NCBI GenBank assembly: GCA_028344335.1 | Contig: JAOMAZ010000004.1 | Span: 1-62,008 of the forward strand | Length of the DNA stretch: 62,008 bases | Origin: Deltaproteobacteria bacterium | GTDB taxonomy: Archaea > Thermoplasmatota > Poseidoniia > Poseidoniales > Poseidoniaceae | Direction of reading: 5' to 3' | Part shown: one piece after another, positions 17,001 to 26,535 of the stretch | How the letters are laid out: every line of letters begins with the position of its first letter | Numbering within the stretch: the first letter of the stretch is position 1 | The notes under the pieces: model-generated | The model's input: the letters and a program-made list of their open reading frames with translations, nothing else | What the model was told of the DNA's origin: nothing | Database searches by the model: none | Made by a program: the position numbers and the translations under genes

Positions 17001-20000
17001 CTGGTTCATTGATTGTCAGAGTCAATGTATGTTCATCGCAGACTCCCCAATTATTGCATGCCTTGATGGTGAAATCAGTAGAGGACAGATTCACATTTGG
17101 TGTGCCTGAAATATCCCCCGTTGCAGAATCAATCGACAATCCCGAGGGGAGAGCAGGGGCTGTTGTGAAATACGACAAGTATTGGTCATCAAGACCCGCT
17201 GTTGGAGAAATCGCTACCATTAGTGTTCCACGTTCAAGAACAGGAGACAGGTCTCCCGCGTCGTACGTCACATCAGGTGCTGGGTCAGCAACTGGGAATG
17301 TTACTTGGAAGGAGTGGGAGTTTCTCAATTCCGAGTTTCCATGATTCAATGTCACATTAATGGTGTATGTGACATTGGAAGAATTGGCTGAAGGTGTACC
17401 ATAGATTCTACCAGTGCTTGACTGGAACGTCAATCCAGTGGGCAGAGTTGGTGAAATCGTCCAACTTGTTGCATAATCCAAAACTGGATTGTTCATAGGA
17501 TAGAGGTCATTGTATTGACCTGCAATAGGAAAATCAATTTCTACTTCGTGGGCCTCCAAAATCTCTGGACTGAAGGTCCTGAAGATATATGCGTAGCTGC
17601 TGGGCATTACTTGGGTATTGGAAGTCATGTATTCCGTGGTTGTAGTATATCCGCCCCAATATTGACCGTTTGATTCCAAGACATAGAATGGAGCGCCATA
17701 GGAGTCCAACCCGAAATCATACAGGTAACAGGCGGAAGAGCCACCAGATGTCGCAGTTTGATATACGATATTCCCATCAATGTCAAATGCTATTGCCCTG
17801 AAATATTGGGCATTCGTAGAATCTTCTGTATCCATCATTAGATGTACCACATCATCACTATCTGATACTGAAAACATTCTGCTATCGCTACCATAATCTC
17901 GAATACCGAAATCATCCTCGAAATAAGTCCACAACTTGTTTCCAGAATTATCAAGGGCAACAGCAGCAAACCAAGCATCTCCAACCGGTTCAATCGATTC
18001 GTCTCCCATCAGATTCAAAGTACCGATGGAATTGTCTGGATATCCATCGCTGAATGCAACAAGCATACTACCATCACTGAAACTACTGATTGTTGGGGTA
18101 GCATACAAGTGAGATTCTGAAGCAGTAACATTCTGCACCCAAACCCACGAACCTCCTGCATCAAGATGTGCCACAACCGATTGATAGCCATTGTTGGCAT
18201 CATTCCGGGACAACTCCTGATTACCAAAGAGCATAGCATACCGACCTCTAAAAGTCAATGTTGCAGAACCATCAGGATGTGAAGTAACCTCAACATCATA
18301 ATCGTATATATTCTCGTTGGATGTATCATTTGAACGGGAACTTGCAACCCATGCACCAGTTCCATCAGGGTTCAACCGAGCGACATAAGGAAGAGAATAA
18401 CTAGAGGTTTCGAGGTCAGTGAAATCAACCCCTGCAAAATCAATAGTTTTTGTTGCAGTGGTATTCTTGACTGTTCCGCCAATTGTGACATTGCCATTGG
18501 AAGAATCAATTTCAATATTCGACGACAGAACATGTCCTCCGCTATTTGCGGCAGTTGCATTGGAATTGCTGACCCACTGAGGGGAACCTAATGAATCGTA
18601 CTTTATCACTACAGAATCGTAATAATTGTTCGAGGTGAAATCGAAAGAATCACTATTCCTGAAATCAAAAGTACATGATGGAGAATAACCCCATGCAAGG
18701 TAGTGTGCCAACAAGAATACTGAACCTGTATCAGAGACTTGGAGATCTTGAGCGTAGATGTCACACGTATCGAACACCTCAACCCATTCCCAATCTCCAG
18801 AAGTTCCGTTCCTCTTTGCAAGATATGCATCATTATTCCTTTGCATTGAAGGTGTGGACAATGGAGAGAATGTTTCAGCACCAGTTGCGACACCAAATAC
18901 ATACATCGAACCGTCTGGAGCAAATGCAATCTTGTTGCTTCTAATTGCATTAGTACCGTAGGAATAGGAGGAAGTTGTCCAAGGTCCATATTCATATCCA
19001 GTCAGCAAAGGTATCCCTTCTTGGACTCTTAGTGTGAATACCTTCTGCCAATTATCACCAGATGAAGTAGTAGAGATTGTGTATGTCGTTCCAGCGACAT
19101 CAGCTTGATCGAATGTTCCACTAATCACTCCTGTGGAAGAATCCATCTGTACTCCAGCGGGTAGTGCAGGATTGATAGAGACCGAATCTGGCCAGAGACC
19201 TGAGTATATCGGCACTACTGAATTGGAACTACCGTTCTCCCAAACCAAATTTGAATAATTCAATGATGCCGTATCAAGAGCATCGCAGGTTCCATCACCA
19301 TCTGCATCTGGAGGAGTAACACTCGCATCCTTTGAAGGGTCATCGAAATAGCCCTTGTAATGGATATATGCACCTACAGCACTAACACTGTTTGATGAAA
19401 AAATGAACACATCACCCTGTTCATCAAATGTCATGGAGAGCCCATACGCATAACTTGCGGACCAACTGGTCTCCTCTCTGACCAACTCAGTCCTCATTGA
19501 TGAGCCATCCATGTATGTATGATACAAGGAAGCATTTGTGAAATCGTTCCAGATGATATGTGGATTATCATCACCATCAAACTTCATCTCCATCCCTTTG
19601 TTATTGGTATCTGGAATTGAACTGCTCCATACCGGATTCCATGAGCTAGTCCGTGAAAACATTCGAATGAATCCGGCATCGAGGAATGTGAAATAAGGCA
19701 CATTTGTGGAATTGACCCTAAGTTGAGCCTCTTTGTAATACACATCATTGCTGCCAGACCAGATAGTCTCTCCGGAACTCCATGAGCCGGAATCATATTT
19801 CCAATAGGTGTAACTGCCAGTTTCCAGAGCCACCAGATGGATGGCACCAGTATCATCGATTGCAATCTGCGTGTATTGAACTGAAACTCCAGTAGGATAA
19901 TTCAGTGTTCCAGCCTGATCTGTAATCGTATCATAATAATCTAATTCATAAGAATCTGTGGCATAGTATGTCCCGTTGGGAGAAAATGCAACATCTGTTG

Positions 20001-23000
20001 GTTGCTGGTACCAACTGCCAGTTTCCAACTGTTGTTGAGACCATTGTGTATTCAATTGTGCATCCATCTCATACGTATCTCTGCTCAATGTCAGATAATC
20101 TAATCCCCCATGATTGGTTACTTGTGGATACCTGTAATTTGCACCAGGTCCAACGTTTTGACTGCTTCCATAGGTCCCCCCATATCTCATAGTTTCACCG
20201 ACAGAATCAGGAACTGCGTTCTGATAGGTCCATACTCTGGCATATCCATTTGATGCACCATCAGAGGCGATGACTCTTAGCCCATATTCATCATCGAACC
20301 AGATGGCGCTACCATAATCAGGTCTCATGTAATAGTTTCCTGATGTGCTAGACATGGCATTGAATGAAGAGTATCCATACATGGGTTCACACTGCCCCTC
20401 GACGATATCCGAAAACGTGTCATTATCATCATCAGTATCCAAGTAATCACAAGTCAAATCCGAATCAAAATCGCTGGGTGTATCTGTATCGAGCAATGGA
20501 TTGGTGGCGCATGCAACCTCATCAGTATCATTCCAGTTGTCGTCATCATCGTCAAGGTCTTCGATGAGAGTTGTCGAACAAGAGTTCACGATATCGTTTG
20601 GCATCCCATCGCCATCAGTATCAGTATCTGCACATTCATCCAATGGGAAATCATCATCAGCATCGATTGAACCATCATCATCATCATCAGTATCCCAGAG
20701 ATCTATCGTTCCATCAGAATCTGTATCTTCTGCCCTAAGCCAAAGTTCTGTAGCCGGTAAGTCATCTCCCATCTCTCCAGTCTGGTCTCCTCTTTGAGTA
20801 GTGTCTTCATGTCCAAGGTTTCCAAGTCCATTGTAGCCCCAACACCTAACCTGCCCATCTTCACGAATCGCGCAAGATGAATAGGCCCCCAATGCCACGG
20901 ATTCAACATAGTCTCCAATATCAGCCACCATCAGATTGTCTCCCATCTCATTGACTCCATCACCGATTTGCGCAGTACTTCCAATACCCAATTGCCCATG
21001 AGATCCACTGCCCCAGCAACGCAACAGTTCATCATCACCAATAGCACATGTGTGGATGTAAGTACCCTGATTTTGATACCAATACGAAGAAGTATGACCT
21101 GTCGAAGATGTTTGAACATCCAAAGCGGCCCTATCCGTCCCAATGTCGACATTGCTTGTTCCAGGATTTGAAACACTGGAACTACTACCATATCCCAATC
21201 GGCCATATGAACCATAGCCCCAACAAGCAATGTTTCCACTATCTAGTAGAGCACAACTGTAAGCCTGACCCGCCGAAATCTTGACCGGAGTTCTACCATC
21301 TGCCAAGTTCAAGAAGGACATCTTGTTATCAGAAACTGCTGTGTTGTCACCCATATCGGTGGTATTTCCCAGTCCAAGTTGATATTGAGAATTATCTCCC
21401 CAACACTTGGCTGCCCCATTCTCAAGAATTGCACAACTATGTCCAACACTGGCAGAGACATCTACTGCCTTGTAATCACCCAACAAGACTGTAGTGGGGG
21501 CTAGATTAGTACCCGTAGAACCGTCACCTTGAATTCCTTGATCTCCATAACCCCAACACTTGACCTCTCCAGTGTCAAGCAAAGCGCAGGTGTGGTATTG
21601 CCCTGCTGCAACCTTCACTGCATTACCGCCAAGGTTAACTGCTGGCATCAGATCTCCTAATTCAGCAGTAGAATCACCGATTTGAGTGGTGTTTCCGAGT
21701 CCCAATTGATATTCGGAATTTCTTCCCCAACACTTCACTGAAGCATCATTCAATACTGCACATGCGTGGAAATTTCCTGCACTGATTTGAACTGCAGATT
21801 TATTGGCGCCAAAATTAACGTACGCGAGGTTCTCTCCCATTTCATTCGCCTGATCACCAATCCGATTGTTGGGAGAAGAGGTACTTCCGATACCTAACTG
21901 ACCATTTGAATTATCACCCCAACATTTGACAAGACCTTGGTTTGAACGTGCACAGTAGAAGCTTGTTCCGGCTCCAATCTCAACAGGCCTGCTCAACAAT
22001 CGTGAAACTGATGAAGATGAATCGGGAGTTAAGATATCAGTTCCACTTGATTCAACCGCTGAATCAGCAGCAGGTGCGCTAAGGTCGGTTGTGGAACCAT
22101 ATCCCATACGGCCATCTCCACCTTCTCCCCAACACATGATCTTACGAGAATCATCAGAGGTCTTGAACAGGGCACAGGAAGTTGTACTGGACTCGGAAAC
22201 CGCCACCTCCAGTGGAGTATATCCTGCAGGAACCGAAACTACAACAGGTGTAGACGCCATGGAAGATGCTGTTCCTCCATCTCCTAATTCTCCAGATACC
22301 TCGGTACCCCAGCATTCAATTGCCGAGGCCACGACTATGCAGGCGTGTTCATTGCCTACTGAAACCGAGTAGTGCTTGTCTCCTGAAGAACCAGCATCCA
22401 CTCTTGTCCCCTTGATGGAAGAAGTGGAATTACCCAGAATCTTGTCATCATATCCTTGACCCCAACATGCAGTTTCCAGACTTGATGATAGAATCGCACA
22501 AGTTGCATCAGCACCAGCACTTATTCCAGAAAAGGTCCTTCCGTCCCAATCACTCGAGTAATGGCTACCTGTTGCAGAAAGGTCAACTTTCACAGGAGCG
22601 CTGCTATTTGTGGAAGTGGTGGAGGCATTTCCTAGAACCATCTCGGATGAGCCGCCATTGTACCCCCAGCAATATACATCTCCGATGGTATTCAGTGCAC
22701 AGGAATGTCTGTCTCCAGTTGCTACATCTTCAATCACTCCTACTGAGGCAGGAAGGATAACTTCTGAAGGGCTTGCCGAAGTTCCACCTGAAATCAATTC
22801 TGTACTCGAATTAATGCGAATGTCGTCAAGATAAACCTTGTTTTGTCCGCCGGCTGAAGAAGACCTGACCGAGCTCCACTTGAAAGTATGTGAGCCTGCA
22901 TCCAAATCGAAAGATACTGATTGGAATGTAGAAGCCGCTATACCGGACCATGAATTCTGCAATACATCATCGATATAGAATCTGAGATAATGGTTGGTTG

Positions 23001-26000
23001 CCGTGCTGGTCTTGTAATCAAAAGTGATGTTTCCAGCAGCAGTAGGCATGGATAACTCAAAATCGCTCTGTTGATTTGTGAGGAGTGAAACTGAGATGGA
23101 ATTGGAACCTGTTGAAGAAGAGCCGCTATCTATCGACCAAGGAAGAGTGGCATCGTTCACCCATTCAAGCGTGTTGAAGTCTCCACTCTCGAATCCATCT
23201 TCCTGATAATATCCTGGATTGGAAGTATAATAATTTCCAGTTTGTGAATCACCACCTTCTCCCCAGCAATATACTGAACCTGATGAGGTCGCCACACAGG
23301 TATGATCTGAGCCAGCAGATACGGATAATGCAACAACTCCAGAAGGCAAGGATGCAACACTTGGTGCTCCAGAGGCTGAGGTTGTGCCGATACCCAACTG
23401 GCCCTTGTCATTGGCTCCCCAGCATACAACACTTCCATCTGTTCCCACTGCACAAGCATGTGAAGAACCTGCATCGATATCTGATGCTTCAAAGCCATTT
23501 GGAAGGTCGACCGTCACCGCTTCATTGGATGAGACTCCCGCTGCAGAATTACCCAATTGCTCTGCATCGTTCTTACCCCAGCATGAGACACTGCGGTCAT
23601 CGAGAATTGCACAACCAAAATCATCACCAGTGGTTATGACATTTGATTCACCCACTGAGGGAAGGTCGTTCTTGGTATCGAACCTGTCGCAGATTCCATC
23701 CTCATCAAAATCAGCAGGTGTACTTGTTGAGTCCAATGCATCGGTCTGGCATCTGACCTCATCAAGGCCTGTCCAACCATCACCATCCGCATCTTGCTGT
23801 AGACCTGAGCCTGCATAATCAATGTCGTTCAAGACCCATAGGTCTTCACTTGGAGAATGGAGAGATGCCCATACACGACCAGTTTGGCCAATCAACAATG
23901 AAACCCACTGTGGTGCTCCAGGCGCATTCGCCACGGTCTGCGTCTCCCAAGTACCTGCATTTCTGTTTGAAACAGCTAAGTCAACAGATGTCCCTTGAGC
24001 CAATATCCAAGGTTCACCTTTTGGACTGATGGCAATATCAAGTTCACCACCAATCAACCCAGTCGTTGCCTCAGTTGACCAACTGGATAATGTATCGCAA
24101 CTATTCTCGCACCATGCATATAGTGGGATGCTGGTGACATTGGTGTAAGCGATGTGTAATGATGAATCATAACCGATAGCGATAGCCACAGATGCATTAC
24201 TACTTGAGGCTGAAGCTGAACCATCGATAGTTGTAGAGGCATAAGTCCCACCAGAGCTCCTTGATACATGCAACAAGTCATCAGCGGAACCTGCTTCTTT
24301 GATCATTGCGAAATGCAACGTATCACTTGAATCAATAACTGAATCTAAATTTTCAACTGCAGCTCCAACACTATGTGTGTCCGCAGCCGACCATGAAGAG
24401 GAAGTGGAACAGGAACTTGAACATGAAATGGTCTTCAAATCATTCGAGTCAATATATGCTATTAGGACATCACCAGATGAGTCAATCTCAATTTCCACCT
24501 GTGTAGCAGTCGCAGTCAGAGCAACCGATTCCCAGAAACCATTCGCCTTGGTGGTGTAGGTCAACTGATCTGCCCCACTGGACAATGAATGCACTATATG
24601 TGGGGTGTAGGAATCATCGATAATAAAATCGATATCATCAATTGCAGTAATCCCACCAGATAAGGGAGATTCAGTACCCCACAACCCATTGGAGAATGCA
24701 GAGAATCGTATCATGTTGTTGTCATCATCAACATAGGCAATTGCCGGACAACCATTAGGTAAGAGTGCGAAACCATTCTTGTCACCGACATCACTTGATG
24801 AACTGTCTAAGCGTGTATCCATAGAAGAATGGTGTGCCTGCTCAAAAGAATCCGCGCAGGAATCGGATGCAGGTGTCTCATCTAGTTCCAGATCCACCTC
24901 AGTGTAATGTGGAAGGTCTGATGCTCCATCGCCTCTGTTCTCAGTATCGCCGTATCCAAGTTGGCCAAGAGAATTCTCCCCCCAGCATCGAACATCATCA
25001 TCATTCATGATGACACAAGTTGAACCTGAGCCAACCTCGATTCTATCTACATCGTAAGAAGTAACGCTACTGGATGAGGAACCTAGATTGACGTACGGCA
25101 GATTATCCCCCATTCCATTTGAAGAACCTGATGAAGTGCCTCTGCTGACTTGATTACCATACCCCAATCTGCCATTCGTTCCAGAGCCCCAGCATTTCAC
25201 GTAATCATTGTCAAGAATTGCACATACGTGCTCCATTCCAGCATCAATCTCGACCGCTGACCTTGAAGTTCCTAGGTCTGTCTCGACCAGATTGTTTCCC
25301 ATCTCACTTGAGCCATCTCCAATGGTATTTGTGTTCTCAATTCCGAGTTGACCGTAATCGTTGATTCCCCAACAGTAAGTCTCCGTGGGTGTTGTGTCAA
25401 GTATGGCACAAGTGAATCCATCACCAGCAGTGATGTTCAATGCAGTATTTCCTCCTGGCAGAGAAACGAATGCCAGGTTGTCGCCCATCTCACTGCCACC
25501 ATCTCCAATATCATCCATGCTACCGATTCCGAGTTGGCCATTCGCATTACCTCCCCAACAGGATATGCTTCCATCATCCCAAATAGCGCAAGTGTGGTCA
25601 TATCCCAACGCAAGTTGGGACACCGTTCGTGAAGTTGGCAGGGAGACTGCAGCAAAATTATCTCCCACTTCATTACTCGCATCTCCTCGGTCATCAGTAT
25701 CTCCTAAGCCGAGTTGCCCCATGTTATTTCTGCCCCAACAAATCAAACTGTTATCGCTGAGCACTGCGCAAGTATGTCTGGAACCAGTCTCAATCATGGT
25801 TGCAGTGGTTGCGCTCGGCAATTCAATGAATGCAAGCACGTCGCCAGTCTCCAGATATCCATCGCCATAGCCATCAGAACTAGTAGACAGTCCCAATCCA
25901 AGTAGCGGTGCATTCCCCCAGCATTTGATGGAACCATTACTGAAAAGAGCACAGGAATGGGAATCACCAAGAGCGAGCGTGGTTGTAGTCAATCCAGTAC

Positions 26001-26310
26001 CAAGACTAACGAAAGGTAGACCTTCGCCTTGCTCAGAAATATCATCACCGACATTCTGTGTATTTCCAAGTCCTAATTGCCCAGAACTACCATTACCCCA
26101 GCATTTCATGTTTCCAGAGACTCCAACAGCACATGCGTGGGCGCCACCTACATTCAACAACTCGGCATTTCCAGTATCCACATCCATGGGTGTAACTACA
26201 TCATCAAGTTCCTCAACAACCAACGGATTATCAATATATGAAACTTGAGACATCAGGACCATCAATAGGCACAAGAAAATACTTTTTGACTGACTGCGCA
26301 TCCTACCCAT
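14089..26310 (-). CDS. Giant (4073 aa) single-pass surface protein: RCC1-like propellers, other propellers, putative Ig (He_PIG-like) domains, TSP3-like repeats, TM, coiled coil, C-terminal HhH-like domain
   Basis: Many GxxHTCAxxxxGxVKCWGxNxxGQLG (RCC1) repeats; WTISPTLPTGLTFQSSTGRIYGTP (He_PIG-like); DTDGDG repeats; TM YWWLCVIFLLLLLLLVPLILFA; tail DDLQRTKGIGPFLEEKLNALGIFTFKQIS...WVEQAK. Confidence 0.92.
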   Translation of the reverse strand: MGRMRSQSKSIFLCLLMVLMSQVSYIDNPLVVEELDDVVTPMDVDTGNAELLNVGGAHACAVGVSGNMKCWGNGSSGQLGLGNTQNVGDDISEQGEGLPFVSLGTGLTTTTLALGDSHSCALFSNGSIKCWGNAPLLGLGLSTSSDGYGDGYLETGDVLAFIELPSATTATMIETGSRHTCAVLSDNSLICWGRNNMGQLGLGDTDDRGDASNEVGDNFAAVSLPTSRTVSQLALGYDHTCAIWDDGSISCWGGNANGQLGIGSMDDIGDGGSEMGDNLAFVSLPGGNTALNITAGDGFTCAILDTTPTETYCWGINDYGQLGIENTNTIGDGSSEMGNNLVETDLGTSRSAVEIDAGMEHVCAILDNDYVKCWGSGTNGRLGYGNQVSRGTSSGSSNGMGDNLPYVNLGSSSSSVTSYDVDRIEVGSGSTCVIMNDDDVRCWGENSLGQLGYGDTENRGDGASDLPHYTEVDLELDETPASDSCADSFEQAHHSSMDTRLDSSSSDVGDKNGFALLPNGCPAIAYVDDDNNMIRFSAFSNGLWGTESPLSGGITAIDDIDFIIDDSYTPHIVHSLSSGADQLTYTTKANGFWESVALTATATQVEIEIDSSGDVLIAYIDSNDLKTISCSSSCSTSSSWSAADTHSVGAAVENLDSVIDSSDTLHFAMIKEAGSADDLLHVSRSSGGTYASTTIDGSASASSSNASVAIAIGYDSSLHIAYTNVTSIPLYAWCENSCDTLSSWSTEATTGLIGGELDIAISPKGEPWILAQGTSVDLAVSNRNAGTWETQTVANAPGAPQWVSLLIGQTGRVWASLHSPSEDLWVLNDIDYAGSGLQQDADGDGWTGLDEVRCQTDALDSTSTPADFDEDGICDRFDTKNDLPSVGESNVITTGDDFGCAILDDRSVSCWGKNDAEQLGNSAAGVSSNEAVTVDLPNGFEASDIDAGSSHACAVGTDGSVVCWGANDKGQLGIGTTSASGAPSVASLPSGVVALSVSAGSDHTCVATSSGSVYCWGEGGDSQTGNYYTSNPGYYQEDGFESGDFNTLEWVNDATLPWSIDSGSSSTGSNSISVSLLTNQQSDFELSMPTAAGNITFDYKTSTATNHYLRFYIDDVLQNSWSGIAASTFQSVSFDLDAGSHTFKWSSVRSSSAGGQNKVYLDDIRINSSTELISGGTSASPSEVILPASVGVIEDVATGDRHSCALNTIGDVYCWGYNGGSSEMVLGNASTTSTNSSAPVKVDLSATGSHYSSDWDGRTFSGISAGADATCAILSSSLETACWGQGYDDKILGNSTSSIKGTRVDAGSSGDKHYSVSVGNEHACIVVASAIECWGTEVSGELGDGGTASSMASTPVVVSVPAGYTPLEVAVSESSTTSCALFKTSDDSRKIMCWGEGGDGRMGYGSTTDLSAPAADSAVESSGTDILTPDSSSSVSRLLSRPVEIGAGTSFYCARSNQGLVKCWGDNSNGQLGIGSTSSPNNRIGDQANEMGENLAYVNFGANKSAVQISAGNFHACAVLNDASVKCWGRNSEYQLGLGNTTQIGDSTAELGDLMPAVNLGGNAVKVAAGQYHTCALLDTGEVKCWGYGDQGIQGDGSTGTNLAPTTVLLGDYKAVDVSASVGHSCAILENGAAKCWGDNSQYQLGLGNTTDMGDNTAVSDNKMSFLNLADGRTPVKISAGQAYSCALLDSGNIACWGYGSYGRLGYGSSSSVSNPGTSNVDIGTDRAALDVQTSSTGHTSSYWYQNQGTYIHTCAIGDDELLRCWGSGSHGQLGIGSTAQIGDGVNEMGDNLMVADIGDYVESVALGAYSSCAIREDGQVRCWGYNGLGNLGHEDTTQRGDQTGEMGDDLPATELWLRAEDTDSDGTIDLWDTDDDDDGSIDADDDFPLDECADTDTDGDGMPNDIVNSCSTTLIEDLDDDDDNWNDTDEVACATNPLLDTDTPSDFDSDLTCDYLDTDDDNDTFSDIVEGQCEPMYGYSSFNAMSSTSGNYYMRPDYGSAIWFDDEYGLRVIASDGASNGYARVWTYQNAVPDSVGETMRYGGTYGSSQNVGPGANYRYPQVTNHGGLDYLTLSRDTYEMDAQLNTQWSQQQLETGSWYQQPTDVAFSPNGTYYATDSYELDYYDTITDQAGTLNYPTGVSVQYTQIAIDDTGAIHLVALETGSYTYWKYDSGSWSSGETIWSGSNDVYYKEAQLRVNSTNVPYFTFLDAGFIRMFSRTSSWNPVWSSSIPDTNNKGMEMKFDGDDNPHIIWNDFTNASLYHTYMDGSSMRTELVREETSWSASYAYGLSMTFDEQGDVFIFSSNSVSAVGAYIHYKGYFDDPSKDASVTPPDADGDGTCDALDTASLNYSNLVWENGSSNSVVPIYSGLWPDSVSINPALPAGVQMDSSTGVISGTFDQADVAGTTYTISTTSSGDNWQKVFTLRVQEGIPLLTGYEYGPWTTSSYSYGTNAIRSNKIAFAPDGSMYVFGVATGAETFSPLSTPSMQRNNDAYLAKRNGTSGDWEWVEVFDTCDIYAQDLQVSDTGSVFLLAHYLAWGYSPSCTFDFRNSDSFDFTSNNYYDSVVIKYDSLGSPQWVSNSNATAANSGGHVLSSNIEIDSSNGNVTIGGTVKNTTATKTIDFAGVDFTDLETSSYSLPYVARLNPDGTGAWVASSRSNDTSNENIYDYDVEVTSHPDGSATLTFRGRYAMLFGNQELSRNDANNGYQSVVAHLDAGGSWVWVQNVTASESHLYATPTISSFSDGSMLVAFSDGYPDNSIGTLNLMGDESIEPVGDAWFAAVALDNSGNKLWTYFEDDFGIRDYGSDSRMFSVSDSDDVVHLMMDTEDSTNAQYFRAIAFDIDGNIVYQTATSGGSSACYLYDFGLDSYGAPFYVLESNGQYWGGYTTTTEYMTSNTQVMPSSYAYIFRTFSPEILEAHEVEIDFPIAGQYNDLYPMNNPVLDYATSWTISPTLPTGLTFQSSTGRIYGTPSANSSNVTYTINVTLNHGNSELRNSHSFQVTFPVADPAPDVTYDAGDLSPVLERGTLMVAISPTAGLDDQYLSYFTTAPALPSGLSIDSATGDISGTPNVNLSSTDFTIKACNNWGVCDEHTLTLTINEPVAVISYTQAHISLKKEEPMTPLEPSNSGGMVETWEIDPVLPVGMLLDAYGVISGIPVANQDNTTYKIFANNSGGSVDTTVVIQVNGTGMYIFYPYAEHRIAVNSPINTIYPSQRGAAAITWEITPDLPVGMEFGEGNGSIWGTPSELSSETVYSVSAQGIEPEISASTTISITVLLDLDGDGSPDESDDDDDGDGWSDEDELACGGTNSTDANDHPFDSDGDGICDVNDDINDAPVLLFYESSTLEISLNLEMMMFDATAVGGDVTSWSIDPYLPLGLTFSGTSPARDGGDNGSIFGTPTELSSIQSYTITASNDKYSSTFTLNLAVLLDTDLDGLPDRDDSDDDADGWSDQIELLCGKDPLNGTDTPVDTDDDQICDYVDDDDDGDGFIDTEEQQCGSDWKDANEVPVDADGNGVCDGLETDTDGDGWLDGIESSCGTNSTDNSSIPTDIDNDFICDSLDDDKDGDGYANHQDDFPEDEIEWLDTDGDGIGDNADTDDDNDSWTDMWEGLCETDSKSNSSVPDDFDSDMICDLFDDDIDNDGVSNDMDAFEEDANETYDFDADGIGDNADDDDDGDLWLDVDEIACGTDPLNATSTPDNMESCNATKKSEEVVESTSLVTKYWWLCVIFLLLLLLLVPLILFARERGDSVLVMMGMQKGPQPEHTFSSPDFISGSGTKIDPYLLQDIEGLSPGKSASSRESITISHLPPDTIVRFMDLYTEENEGRFDMTDILVEEDDDWINDDDEMDTGSISFKLEFKDLSDSNDGDEYSTLMRVGSSTVYFQWTVSIKDSSGGKKKRKISRKKDTSIEKSKAEAEAKAKKVEAKVEEERRIKAVEDEVRQNAESEAATKLANMELMIAEKMAALEDKMEGLSKKEAELARVAAKSEFIDFNTIGTATAAEKDDLQRTKGIGPFLEEKLNALGIFTFKQISGMTPEIEDQVNVAIEFFSGRVKRDKWVEQAKDFLKED

Positions 26311-26535
26311 ATCTCAAGTGGCTGTAAGATGCCATTAAAAGAACACCGCAAGCAGACTAACTACTAACTTTGATTGATTTAGTACATTCTGTATGACAAT
26401 ACCTACCATAAAAGTAAACACTGTACAGTATATCTCCAACTTGCTCCAAGCTGATTCCTTTGACATACCAAGAATTGCGTATTGGAAGAAAGAATTCCAC
26501 TTAGTTGAAAACCCGTCGCCATTCAGCCGCATTTA

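Noticed and set aside
14089-26310. Diversity-generating retroelement target or intein in the giant gene
   Set aside because: No reverse transcriptase, no template/variable repeat pair with adenine-specific mismatches seen by eye, and no intein motifs.
26335-26532. Small minus-strand ORF upstream of the giant gene
   Set aside because: Short, no recognisable motif, and lies in a divergent promoter region; cannot be supported.
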